From assembly GCF_000143415.4 (NCBI RefSeq), contig NW_003314293.1:1-64000 (forward strand): 64,000 bases of DNA. The letters run 5' to 3'. The notes under the pieces are model-generated. The model searched no databases and was not told the DNA's origin. It was given only the letters and a program-made list of their open reading frames with translations. The number at the start of each line of letters is the position of its first letter. Within the stretch, counting starts at the first letter, position 1. Shown in pieces: positions 1 through 11,293 of the stretch. The DNA comes from Selaginella moellendorffii (taxonomy: Eukaryota; Plantae; Lycopodiophyta). The position numbers and the translations under genes were made by a program.

Positions 1-581
1 TCAGTATAAAGAAGGAAGCACTCGGGGATTGATCTTCTTCTATTTGAGACTGATCAGGTATAAAGTGAAAAGGTGGTGGCAATGAGGAGGAGGCTATTTT
101 AGCTAAATGCTTGGAGCCTTTACCGCGCCATGAGGTTAAGAGAAAGAAACAAGGCCAGTTGAATATTTTTAACTCAGGGACTTGTTATTGAGTTCGAGCA
201 GCTATGATCAAGAGACAAGGTGTTACAACTATTTTCAGTTACAAGTTAGCTCCAGTTTGAGGAGATCAATTAGCTCAACTCTCTCCAAGCTCCGCCTGTA
301 CCTGGATAGTTTAACTCCCCAATAACGGTTTGGGAAGCCCACTGGCCTTGGCCCCGGATTTATCACACAGCTACACTGTGTTGCCAAGATCCTTGAGCGA
401 TTAGAAAGCAGTCAGTGCCAGAAAATCACTTCTAGAAACTACCTCGTCACACTCTCTGAATAGCTTTAGTTTAGTACCTTTTATAGATGAGTAATATACC
501 CACTAATACTTCCGGTTACCCCTTCCAGTCCCACAGCTTGCAGACCACACGTTTTAGGCTCCAACATATTTTCCTGACACA

Positions 582-1440
582 TCAGCTTGTATCAACCATG
601 CCCCTGTCTGCTGCGTAACTCAATTCATCCTCAGTAATGTGTGATTTGTGTCCATCACAGATGAGCAGAAGAGGATGAAGGAGAAAAACACCCCCAGCGA
701 TTGAATTCTCTATGTGTGCCAGGAACTCGACAAATACTTCAGCCTTCATCCGCATTGCAAAGGAAGCTTCAGGCTCACAATCTTCATCCACGCAATCTGC
801 CGACGTTTCCCCTTGAAGATATAATTTTTTTGCAAACGACCGCCGTCTGCCGGGATTGCTGCGACAACGGTAATTCTTTTTCTTTCGTTGCATCCGATAC
901 TGGTGACTTGTGTGCAGCCTCTCTGAGCAAGTACCCAACAACCTTGCTCTTTCTCGCCCGAAATTCAGCCCCGTTTCATCAAAGTTCAGGATCCGGCTCA
1001 CAGGGAATTCACTTTGCTGTAGCACTGCACGGTAGCGAAGGAAGAAAGGCTCAATGGTCCAGGGCACAATCGTTGCTGCACGTCTCTGCTCCACAGTTTC
1101 GGTTGATCTTAGAGTTAGGCCAGGATGTTTGCGACGGAAGCAACTCCACCACCCACGGGAAGGCACACCATTTTTGAACGGGAGGCCTTTCGCGTTGGCA
1201 AGTTCGCCTACTTTGGAGCTCACCATCCTGATGGTTAGTGCCCAGCCCAAACGTACGCGCTCCTTAATCCAGTCCACGATAACGCCCTCCTTTTCGTCGC
1301 TGAACATCACAGGGAGGCCTTTGCTTTTTGTGGTGGTGCGTCCATAGAGCCAGTCTGCAAGAGTAGTAGGCGGGATGCAGGAGGCAGCTCTAATGGACAA
1401 GCCATTTTCAATCTCGTCAACTGCCTGGAGGACTTGAGCG
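582..1440 (-). pseudogene. Degenerate pogo/Tc5 (CENP-B-like HTH + DDE_1) DNA transposase
   Basis: ORF 582-1400 has a psq-like HTH (GLSIRAAS..IPPTTLADW), a Tc5 HTH (GVPSRGWWSCFRRKHP), NFDETG and LLICDGHKSH catalytic-D motifs. The middle is scrambled and the ORF stops before the third catalytic residue. No TIRs identified. Confidence 0.8.
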
Positions 1441-2587
1441 ACAGTCCAGTCGCTCTTTTAAACTTCTTTTATGCGTGGGACGGGACAGACTCGTTACTTT
1501 GCGCTTCTGCAGGGAGATCATGGGATGGTGTTTGTGCTGCTGGAACTGGAGTATGTTAAGTTTCCGGAGCTGTTACCGATTCGGTTGCAAAACTTGGAGT
1601 AGCACCACGAGGATCTGCTTTGATTTCGAACATTCTTTTAATCATTCTTGACTTCACTTTTTATTTTTATAGATGTTGCAGAGAGTAGCCACCAATCTTC
1701 TCAGCGGACTAAGACATTCTTCCCATCCCTCCCTACAGCTATAGACGACGATCTGGAAGAGCTCTCCTCTTCAGTTATGCACAAACAAGTTAGTAGGCAT
1801 GAAGTTTATCTCCCGCATCTTGGACTGATGAATGGCTCCGGCTCACTCGCAATCTAGATCAAAGAAACTAGTAAGAATCCACGAAAGCACAAGAAAGAAA
1901 AAGAGTGAATTCAGACTTGTTTCATCGCGTGACTTCTAGCACTTAATTCCGAGATGATCGCTCTGTTGTCCCTCCGATGGTCATGAGGTCTGATTCCCAT
2001 GCGCTGCATCATATCTCTGCAAAGACGGGAAATTTCAATCCACGAGGATGAAAAAAAGAAATCACCCAAGAGAAGAGCCACGGAGCTGGAAAATTTGTTC
2101 GTTATACTTTTCGTTAAGTTGTTCTTCGAACTCCACCAATCCAAAATTTCTCTGCTATCCTTGCCTGATTCCTCGCGTCGGATAGAGCAAGCTCGTGATC
2201 TGCGAGCTGTCGACATGGCTAGGCATTGGAATTCTCCTGCTCTTGAATTTCGGGAGGCCGTTAGGGTCTTCGAGGATCTGGAAGAAGAAATTCCACCGCA
2301 TTGTCAAAAATCTCCAGAAAGGAGCGAAGAAAACGAGATAATCTGCGATGATCGGTCGGAAATTTCAAGCAAACGATGGATAGAGCAAGGAAGAGCAGCT
2401 AGAAGATCGATCTGACTGACCCGAGAGCCACTCACGCAAGAGAAGGCAGCTACCAGGATGGATTGATCGAGATCTCACCGAGGACGCCGCGGATGATACC
2501 CCATCCTTGAAGATGCTCTCATCGTCCTCGCTCATTTCAAAGAAACGGGAAGCGCCAAGATTAGGGCGGCGTAGGGTAAATGGTCTA

Positions 2588-2595
2588 AAACCCTA
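2588..2595 (+). promoter_or_regulatory. Telo-box (AAACCCTA) upstream of the eIF2-beta fragment
   Basis: AAACCCTA lies 50 bp before the ATG at 2645. Telo-boxes are typical of plant translation-machinery promoters. Confidence 0.55.
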
Positions 2596-2644
2596 GAAGA
2601 GGCGAGAAGCGCGAGAGAGCGAGAGGGGCGAGCTAAACGGCGCC

Positions 2645-3208
2645 ATGGCGGATGACGACAGCAAGGACATTGCCACAGAGGTAAGCGAGCTGGAGTGTTC
2701 TCTCCACAGTGCGATTGTGGATTGGAATCGATTGGAGTGATTCCAACCGGAATGCGCTCTTCCAGATTGGACCCTTTGATCCCACCAAGAAGAAGAAGAA
2801 GAAGAAGGTCCGGATGGCGGAGGACGAGGATGGCGATGGCGTGGAGAAGCTAACGGAGAAGGTTGAGAGTCTCTCAAGTGAAATCTACCCACTTTTTCTT
2901 CTTTTTGCTCCGTTTTTTTCTTGACGAGATTGATGGCTGTAGTGTCTGTGTCTTCTTCTGTGGATAACTCCGCTGAGACTGTCTTTGCCGGGAAGAAGAA
3001 GAAGAAGAAAAAGAAGGTACTTTCCATCTGTGTTCTTGTTCTTTTGTTGGAGCTTCTGTTGTTTTCTCTAGCCTGTGGAAGCTGATGTCGCGGAAGAGGA
3101 AAACTTGGATGCTGCCGAGACTAATGGTATATCTGATGCATATGACTGAAAGAGTTCAAGCTTTTTCTTTCTCCCTTTGATAGGACTCGAAGAAGGCAAA
3201 GACAAGGA
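2645..3208 (+). pseudogene. EIF2S2: Translation initiation factor eIF2-beta, 5' fragment (exons 1-5, truncated)
   Basis: GT-AG exons at about 2645-2680, 2766-2877, 2943-3016, 3072-3126 and 3184-3208 give MADDDSKDIATE/IGPFDPTKKKKKKKV...ETVFAGKKKKKKKK/PVEAD...GLEEGKDK. This matches the plant eIF2-beta N-terminus with poly-Lys boxes. Sequence switches to the inverted duplication at 3209, and no core or zinc-finger domain follows. Confidence 0.8.
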
Positions 3209-3421
3209 TCTTTTAGGCCAAGTAGAAAATGGCATGAGGCCACATGCCATTCAGTAGCAACATTGGCATGCACTGATTGGGCTCTCGAGTGCAGTCCGGT
3301 TATAGATGGCGTGTAGTTTCACACCATCTTAGGATGCAGCCTCAAGACATCTGATGCAGTGGTGAATGGCGTGTGGCCTCACGTTAATTCCAGCTGTTAG
3401 CTTTTCATCTGTCAGCTCTAA

Positions 3422-5245
3422 TTGTTGTGCATTTCTGAACAGGCGAGGAATTGTGTTCTTCTTCCAGCCACTGTCAATGTGGATGCAGAGAAGGGGGAGG
3501 AGCTCACCAGTTGGACTTTCGGGATGGAAGGCGAGGATCTGAGGCTGTACAACACAGATGGTGGGAGAAAAGAATGCATGGGGATCCTCATCCAAGTGAC
3601 AAACACTCCATGTACTTCCATGCAAGAATATAGACTTGCACTTGTGGTAGAGACAGCGTCCGCCTTCAAGATCCACCTTGCACATCCTAGCGGCTTCCCG
3701 GAGGGGGGCAGTGGCTATAAGGAATTCCTAGAGGGAGCTAGGGAGAAGTTGTCCAGGAGGCCCACAATTTCAAAGACGCTGCGAGTCTATGAAGATCACA
3801 TGGAATCCACGGACCTCACCTACGGCGATGTTCAAAAACTATATTCTAACATTGAGCCATTGAGAGTGCCTCCAGTTCGCAAAGCGAAGGGGAAGAGGGT
3901 CGATCTAGAAACTACTCCGAAGCAGAAAAGGGTGGTCAAGCTCAAGCCGACGTCCGACTCTCCTGCTCCAAAAAAGAAGCTACTCGGTGATGCCATTGCC
4001 TCGGGTTCGAACACTACACCCACCAAAAAGAAGAGCCGCAAAGAGCAGAAAGAGCAAGAAGAGGCAGCAAAAATCGTCGCAGATAATAGTACTTGTTACT
4101 ATTCCAACAAAGTATATACAATTGACGTGAGCCGTATCGACATCCAAAGCAAATACAACCACAGGCTAGTATCTGATGAGTGGGTGGAGAAACTGAAGCA
4201 GAAGATGTTGGCAAGTCCAGTAACACCCGACATCGCAAACGTGATCCCCTACTACCGAACAATGAAGGGCGAGACGAGGTTTCCAGACTTGATCAATAGG
4301 AAGGTGTTGGACGATCAGAACATCCGGTTCTATGCCGTCTCTGGGCAGCATTCTAGCTTGGCGATGCAAGAGATAGTTGTGGATATTATGGTGGGTGAGG
4401 AGGTGAAGAAACTCTTCAAGACAAGAGTTGTCCGCCTGATAAAAGGCAACTCGCCCCTCCGATCTATCATATACATCTCCCACGCGCAGAATGTCAAGCA
4501 AGAAACGTACTACAAATCGGGTCTGCACGAAACATTGGCACGAATACGGAAGCTCTGGGTTCAACTGAAGAAGCCACAAAAACGAGGGCAAGGACGTGCA
4601 CTAGCAACTAGCGCCTGGCAGGTAAGCTTCGTTGCATGTGGCATAGCATGTGGCCTCACGCCATTTCCATTGCAGGAATTCTTGAGTCTTCTCTCGAAAA
4701 CACTGGGGGTCAATGACACACTTAGCATCCATAACATTCTACTCGCGACAAAAGTTGTTTTTGACAAATGGGTAGATGTGCTGAGGAGGTACCATGACGG
4801 GGAGTTGCTAAACTCAATGGGTGTGGAGGACGGCCAGAAGCCCAATGATTTGAAGCTCAACTCCTTGCATTTCTCGCGGTCTCTAGACGACGATGACCTT
4901 CTGACAGTGGCTAATGCTCTTCTACGTGGTGAGGTAGTCTTCAACAAGACCAAAATGACTCCCGGCCATATTGTGACATACGAGGACTTGTGCACGACTC
5001 TGAGAGCTCGTGCGCTATTGAAGGATTGGATCTTCGAGCAAGTGGCCGTGGAGAGGGTGAGCATCGACACCACGCAAGAGATGATGGAAGCGCTAGAGTT
5101 GTCAAATGAAGACATCGACGAGTACGTGAAGGGGGCCCCCAAGTTCATCGATCTACTGCGGGATGCCACGAAAAGTAAAGCTGAGAAGTTGGATCAGTAT
5201 CTAAATTTCATTAAAAGGGATGTCGACCGCCGGCTTCAGAAATAG
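3422..5245 (+). CDS. Transposon-associated protein with a ParB/sulfiredoxin-like domain, copy 1 (true start unknown; frame continues past the TAG)
   Basis: 607-aa ORF with a basic K-rich linker, then IDVSRIDI..NHRLVSDEWVEKLKQKM..PDIANVIP...RFYAVSGQHSSLAMQEI, which resembles the ParB/Srx core (GxxR motif here SGQHS). In-frame 54-nt GT-AG intron at 4622-4675. Confidence 0.55.
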   Translation: MLCISEQARNCVLLPATVNVDAEKGEELTSWTFGMEGEDLRLYNTDGGRKECMGILIQVTNTPCTSMQEYRLALVVETASAFKIHLAHPSGFPEGGSGYKEFLEGAREKLSRRPTISKTLRVYEDHMESTDLTYGDVQKLYSNIEPLRVPPVRKAKGKRVDLETTPKQKRVVKLKPTSDSPAPKKKLLGDAIASGSNTTPTKKKSRKEQKEQEEAAKIVADNSTCYYSNKVYTIDVSRIDIQSKYNHRLVSDEWVEKLKQKMLASPVTPDIANVIPYYRTMKGETRFPDLINRKVLDDQNIRFYAVSGQHSSLAMQEIVVDIMVGEEVKKLFKTRVVRLIKGNSPLRSIIYISHAQNVKQETYYKSGLHETLARIRKLWVQLKKPQKRGQGRALATSAWQVSFVACGIACGLTPFPLQEFLSLLSKTLGVNDTLSIHNILLATKVVFDKWVDVLRRYHDGELLNSMGVEDGQKPNDLKLNSLHFSRSLDDDDLLTVANALLRGEVVFNKTKMTPGHIVTYEDLCTTLRARALLKDWIFEQVAVERVSIDTTQEMMEALELSNEDIDEYVKGAPKFIDLLRDATKSKAEKLDQYLNFIKRDVDRRLQK

Positions 5246-5569
5246 CTCGACCCCGCAGCAGAGGCCTATCGAGAACCTTACCAGGTATACGTGAATTCGG
5301 ATGAGGATCAAAGGTGGAGGAGCATCGTTTCCCGCAGAGATGAGCAGGTCAAGAACATCTTTTGTGTGATGGACTTCACAAACGAGGAGATCACTCATGC
5401 AGACGAAGTCAGCTCCATCATTGACTTAATGGTGGGACTTGCGGAGGTGGATCTTCAGTCCACTATATGATCTACGACTCCAAATCCTATCACAAGTTCT
5501 GGAAGGCCTTGACGAGGTGAAGGCTCGGTTAAAGGCAAGGAGATGCGCAGATCCATGGGATAATGCTAA

Positions 5570-5669
5570 NNNNNNNNNNNNNNNNNNNNNNNNNNNNNNN
5601 NNNNNNNNNNNNNNNNNNNNNNNNNNNNNNNNNNNNNNNNNNNNNNNNNNNNNNNNNNNNNNNNNNNNN
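5570..5669. other. Assembly gap (100 N)
   Basis: Run of 100 N. Confidence 1.
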
Positions 5670-7863
5670 TTCTCCAGTCCAAGATGCGGACATTCGTCGG
5701 TATCTTCTTCTTAGCCATTATCCCATGGATCTGCCGCATCTCCTTGCCTTTCAACCGAGCCTTCACCTCGTTGAAGGCCTTCCAGAACTTGTGATAGGAT
5801 TCGGAGTCGTAGATCATATAGTGGACTGAAGATTCCACCTCCGCAAGTCCCACCATTAAGTCAATGATGGAGCTGACTTCGTCTGCATGAGTGATCTCCT
5901 CGTTTGTGAAGTCCATCACACAAAAGATGTTCTTGACCTGCTCATCTCTGCGGGAAACGATGCTCCTCCACCTTTGATCCTCATCCGAATTCACGTATAC
6001 CTGGTAAGGTTCTCGATAGGCCTCTGCTGCGGGGTCGAGCTATTTCTGAAGCCGGCGGTCGACATCCCTCTTAATGAAATTTAGATACTGATCCAACTTC
6101 TCAGCTTTACTTTTCGTGGCATCCCGCAGCAGATCGATGAACTTGGGGGCCCCCTTCACGTACTCGTCGATGTCTTCATTTGACAACTCTAGCGCTTCCA
6201 TCATCTCTTGCGTGGTGTTGATGCTCACCCTCTCCACGGCCACTTGCTCGAAGATCCAATCCTTCAATAGCGCACGAGCTCTCAGAGTCGTGCACAAGTC
6301 CTCGTATGTCACAATATGGCCGGGAGTCATTTTGGTCTTGTTGAAGACTACCTCACCACGTAAAAGAGCATTAGCCACTGTCAGAAGGTCGTCGTCATCT
6401 AGAGACCGCGAGAAACGCAAGGCGTTGAGCTTCAAATCATTGGGCTTCCGACCGTCCTCCACACCCATTGAGTTTAGCAACTCCCCGTCATGGTACCTCC
6501 TCAGCACATCTACCCATTTGTCAAAAATAACTTTTGTCGCGAGTAGAATGTTATGGATGCTGAGTGTGTCATTGACCCCCAGTGTTTTCGAGAGAAGACT
6601 CGAGAATTCCTGCAATGGAAATGGCGTGAGGCCACATGTTATGCCACATGCAACGAGGCTTACCTGCCAGGCGCTAGTTGCTAGTGCACGTCCTTGCCCT
6701 GGTTTTTGTGGCTTCTTCAGTTGAACCCAGAGCTTCCGTGTTCGTGCCAATGTCTCGTGCAGACCCGATTTGTAGTACGTTTCTTGCTTGACATTCTGCG
6801 CGTGGGAGATGTATATGATAGATCGGAGGGGCGAATTGCCTTTTATCAGGCGGACAACTCTTGTCTTGAAGAGTTTCTTCACCTCCTCGCCCACCATAAT
6901 ATCCACAACTATCTCTTGCATCGCCAAGCTAGAATGCTGCCCGGAGACAGCATACAACCGGATGTTCTGATCGTCTAACACCTTCCTATTGATCAAGTCT
7001 GGAAACCTCGTCTTGCCCTTCATTGTTCGGTAGTAGGGGATCACGTTTGCGATGTCGGGTGTTACTGGACTTGCCAACATCTTCTGCTTCAGCTTCTCCA
7101 CCCACTCATCAGATACTAGCCTGTGGTTGTATTTGCTTTGGATGTCGATACGGCTCACGTCGATTGTATATACTTTGTTGGAATAGTAACAAGTACTATT
7201 ATCTACGACGATTTTTGCTGCCTCTTTTTGCTCTTTCTGCTCTTTGCGGCTCTTCTTTTTGGTGGGTGTAGTGTTCGAACCCGAGGCAATGGCATCACCG
7301 AGTAGCTTCTTTTTTGGAGCAGGAGAGTTGGACGTCGGCTTGAGCTTGACCACCCTTTTCTGCTTCGGGGTAGTTTCCAGATCGACCCCCTTCCCCTTCG
7401 CTTTGCGAACTGGAGGCACTCTCAACGGCTCAATGTTGGAATATAGTTTTTGAACATCGCTGTAGGTGAGGTCCATAGATTCCATGTAATCTTCATAGAC
7501 CCGCAGCGTCTTTGAAATTGTGGGCCTCCTGGACAACTTCTCCCTAGCTCCCTCTAGGAATTCCTCATAGCCGCTGCCCCCCTCCGGGAAGCCGCTAGGA
7601 TGTGCAAGGTGGATCTTGAAGGCGGACGCTGTCTTTACCACAAGTGCCAGTCCATATTCTTGTATGGAACTGCATGGAGTGTCTGTCACTTGGATAAGGA
7701 TCCCCATGCATTCTTTTCTCCCACCATCTGTGTTGTACAGCCTTAGATCCTCGCCTTCCATCCCGAAAGTCCAACTGGTGAGCTCCTCCCCCTTCTCTGC
7801 ATCCACATTGACAGTGGCTGGAAGAAGAACGCAATTCCTCGCCTGTTCAGAAATGCACAACAA
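5670..7863 (-). CDS. ParB/Srx-like-domain protein, copy 2 (native context); internal TAG at 6040-6042, frame stays open into the gap
   Basis: The 607-aa ORF 7863-6040 is in the same frame as ORF 5994-5566. An upstream GTAAGT donor at 8081 indicates further 5' exons. Confidence 0.6.
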
Positions 7864-8741
7864 TTAGAGCTGACAGATGAAAAGCTAACAGCTGGAATTA
7901 ACGTGAGGCCACACGCCATTCACCACTGCATCAGATGTCTTGAGGCTGCATCCTAAGATGGCGTGAGGCTACACGCCATCTGTAACCGGACTGCACTCGA
8001 GAGCCCAATCGGTTCATGCCAATGTTGCTACTGAATGGCATGTGGCCTCATGCCATTTTCTACTTGGCCTAAAAGACTTACCATTTGAAGCCGAATGGAG
8101 GCGTGACAATTGAGGCTGGACTCGCTGGCGAATGTGCACTATGTGTGTAGCGGATCTTAGTAGCAAGGCTACTCTACCACTTACAGTTGGAGAGTGGCGC
8201 TGAAATCTCCCGGGACGCCAAGTGGGCTGCGTGTGGGTGGCGGAGTGGGCGGCAGAGTTGGCGGCAAAGTTACAAACTGGGTGTGTCTTGAAGTGGACAC
8301 TGATGCACACGAGCGCGATGTGAGCGCGAGTGTGATGCAAGCACGAGTGGACGCCGATGCACACGAGAAACTTGTAGAGAAGGTAGATGAGCGCGAATGT
8401 GAGCGTGATCGCGAGTTGGAGCGCGATGCGAGTGCCAGTACGATGCAAAACCTAACCTCATACGCGCGAAATGTCACGACGGTTGGTAATCCTGCAACGT
8501 CATCATTCCTCGGATTTGGGTGCCACCATTAATTTCTGGATTGCCGCGCGCATGCATGCACGTGAAATTCAAAAGAAATCCGTAACGTCATCATTCCTCG
8601 GACTGCATGCACGCGAAATCCAAAAGAAAGATCATGATTGGGATATCATTTAATACCCTCGCTATATATATACCATGCATGATTGGATATTCCAAAGCAT
8701 CTTGTATTTCCAAAAATGCCAAATGTTCAGCTAAATAAAGA

Positions 8742-10672
8742 ATGGTATACAATGTCCTTCTTGATGACCCTGCAAAGAAGCATCTTGATCGGACACCACA
8801 TGAGACCACACGAGCCTTACAATGTTTCAAGGGAATTTGCCATAGATCCGACCGTTATTTTGCTCCAAGATTTTACAGTTTGGTGTGCATTGACCTTTCC
8901 ATCGACACTGCAAAGGGACATCACAATCAGATGCGGGATCATAAGAAACCAACTTCACTAACTCTGGTTTCACCAAGATCTACGTAAGGAGTTATGAAAT
9001 GAAAGGACCCTCTCTATTGAAATGTGTTTATGGTCCTAGGGGCATTGTGACATATCAAAGGATTTTGCATCAAGTTCTGTATTTGCATGTTTATCAAGCT
9101 ACTGAATTGCTAAACCCTAAACCCTAAACATGTGGCAAATGCTGCGTGAAGAAAGATGCCCTTTCTGGGCAAATGCTGTAAGAGGCAGATGCCGAGCAGT
9201 TACACAGCGAATAATCTTGGCGCGGATCGCTGACATGGCATGGCAAAGTTCGAATCAATGACATGGCACAGCTGGATCGAGGCAAGGATATGATGTGACA
9301 AAGTTCAACGTCCAACAGCAAAGTCTAGAAGCTACTCAGTTTGAAATTTGTCAAAGGAATTATAAGATCTGGTTTGTCAGAGGATTTGATGTGACGTTCA
9401 AGCGTGTGGGCTCATGCAATTTTGATCCCAAAAAATGCACCAAAAAATGCTTAGCGTCATCTGGCGTTATCTCTTGAATGGCGTGGGGCCGCATGCCATT
9501 TTCAGGGGCACATAGGAGTATATTCCTAGAATATTTTGACACGCGCGAGATTTTTTTGAGTTTTCTGGAGATCCAACCGTTAGATTGCAACTAGATTTTA
9601 CATAATGGTATACAATGTCTTTCTTGATGACCGTCCAAAGAAGCATCTCGATCAGACACCACATGAGACCACACGAGCCTTACAATGTTTCAGGGGCATT
9701 TGCCATAAATCCGACCGTTATTTTGCTCCAAGATTTTACAGTTTGGTGTGCATTGACCTTTCCATCGACACTGCAAAGGGACATCACAATCAGATGCGGG
9801 ATCACAAGAAACTAACTTCACTAACTCTGGTTTCACCAAGATCTACGTAAGGAGTTATGAAATGAAAGGACCCTCTCTATTGAAATGTGTTTATGGTCCT
9901 AGGGGCATTGTGACATATCAAAGGATTTTGCATCAAGTTCTGTATTTGCATGTTTATCAAGCTACTGAATTGCTAAACCCTAAACCCTAAACCCTAAACA
10001 TGTGGCAAATGCTGCGTGAAGAAAGATGCCCTTTCTGGGCAAATGCTGTAAGAGGCAGATGCCGAGCAGATGTATCTCAGGCTAGCGAAGGGGACATACG
10101 AAAGCTAGCTATAAACATGACGGGATGCAAATAGGTTACTAGGCTGGTCTTGCGAAAATCAAAAACCATAATTGAAAACATTGAAAATGCAAAAAGAAAG
10201 GTTTATAATATTTTTGAATTTTAAGCAACCAAAGGAATGTAAGTAGGGCATGTGTTTGTAAGTTTAAAAATGCCTCAACCACTTAAATTCCCAAGTAAAT
10301 AAAGCTGTTTCTATTTTTGGTATAGGTAAACTTTATAGCGTGTGGGCTCATGCAATTTTGAACCCAAAAATGCACCAAAAAATGCTCGACTAGCATTATT
10401 CTTTGAATGGCGTGTGGCCTTATATTGCCATAAATGGACGTACACACACAGCATAATTATTCCTTTACACGGCAAATAATCTTGGCGCGGATCGCTAACA
10501 CGGCATGGCAAAGTTCGAATCACTGACATGGCACAGCTGGATCGAGGCAAGGACATGATGTGACAAAGTTCAACCTCCGACAGCAAAGTCTAGAAGCTAC
10601 TCAGTTTGAAATTTGTTAGAGGAATCATAAGATCTGGTTTGTTAGAGGATTTGATGTGACGTTTAAGCGTGT
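8742..10672 (+). repeat. Rearranged direct duplications with short interstitial telomere repeats
   Basis: 8742-9199 ~ 9605-10069; 9209-9408 ~ 10475-10672; ~9400-9500 ~ 10336-10431. (TAAACCC)n at 9111-9128 and 9974-9998 differ by one 7-bp unit. Confidence 0.9.
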
Positions 10673-11293
10673 GTTATTTTTGAATTCTCGAACTCATTCC
10701 TAGGTCTATCATTTTTGTGCGCCGTGTTCTTGGTTCCTCTGAGCGCAGTGAGCGCTGCTTGTGTAAGCGGCGTTGTGAGCTGTGGTTTATGCGATTACAA
10801 GCGGTTGCGGCATTGCGAGCGCCATTGCGAGCGGCAGTTTATGCGAGTGGCAGTTTGTGCGAGTGGTGCTACGAGCAGTTGCGGTGTTGCGAGTGATGCT
10901 ACGAGTAGTTGCGGTGTTGCGAGCGGCACTGTCTTTGGTGTGGCTACTGCTTCCTCTTGATATTCGGCACTTATGCTTCCTGGTATGTTCACCATGGAAT
11001 GGCTTAGGACCACATTTAGAAATGGCATGAGGCCACATGCCATCTTGGGCCCTTGCAATTTCATGGCTAGCGTATTGTCATGTATGTTTTTACTTGCCTG
11101 CAGCTGTGTGTATATCAAGATGGCATGAGGCATCATGCCAATTTTGTGAATGTGAAATTTCACGTGGGTGTCAATAGCATGTTTGAATAATGGCATGTGG
11201 CCTCATGCTATTGAGGTTGTTTGGTATGTTATGATTTAGGCCATTCTCCAATCATTTTTTGTATGGTCTTAACTTCTTTTTTGCACTTTCAGA

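Larger units (their letters stand above)
3209..8076. repeat. ~2.4 kb inverted duplication (arms 3209-5569 and 5670-8076) flanking an assembly gap
   Basis: The arms are near-identical reverse complements, and the two 607-aa ORFs differ at roughly 20 residues. Homology ends at TCTTTTAGGCC (3209 / 8076). Confidence 0.95.

Noticed and set aside
1648-2560. Short ORFs between the pogo remnant and eIF2-beta
   Set aside because: No recognisable domain or consistent exon chain; it could be a decayed divergent gene, but I cannot support a call.
9111-9998. TAAACCC runs as a chromosome end or healed break
   Set aside because: Only 2-3 units embedded in a duplicated block, better explained as telo-box-like motifs.
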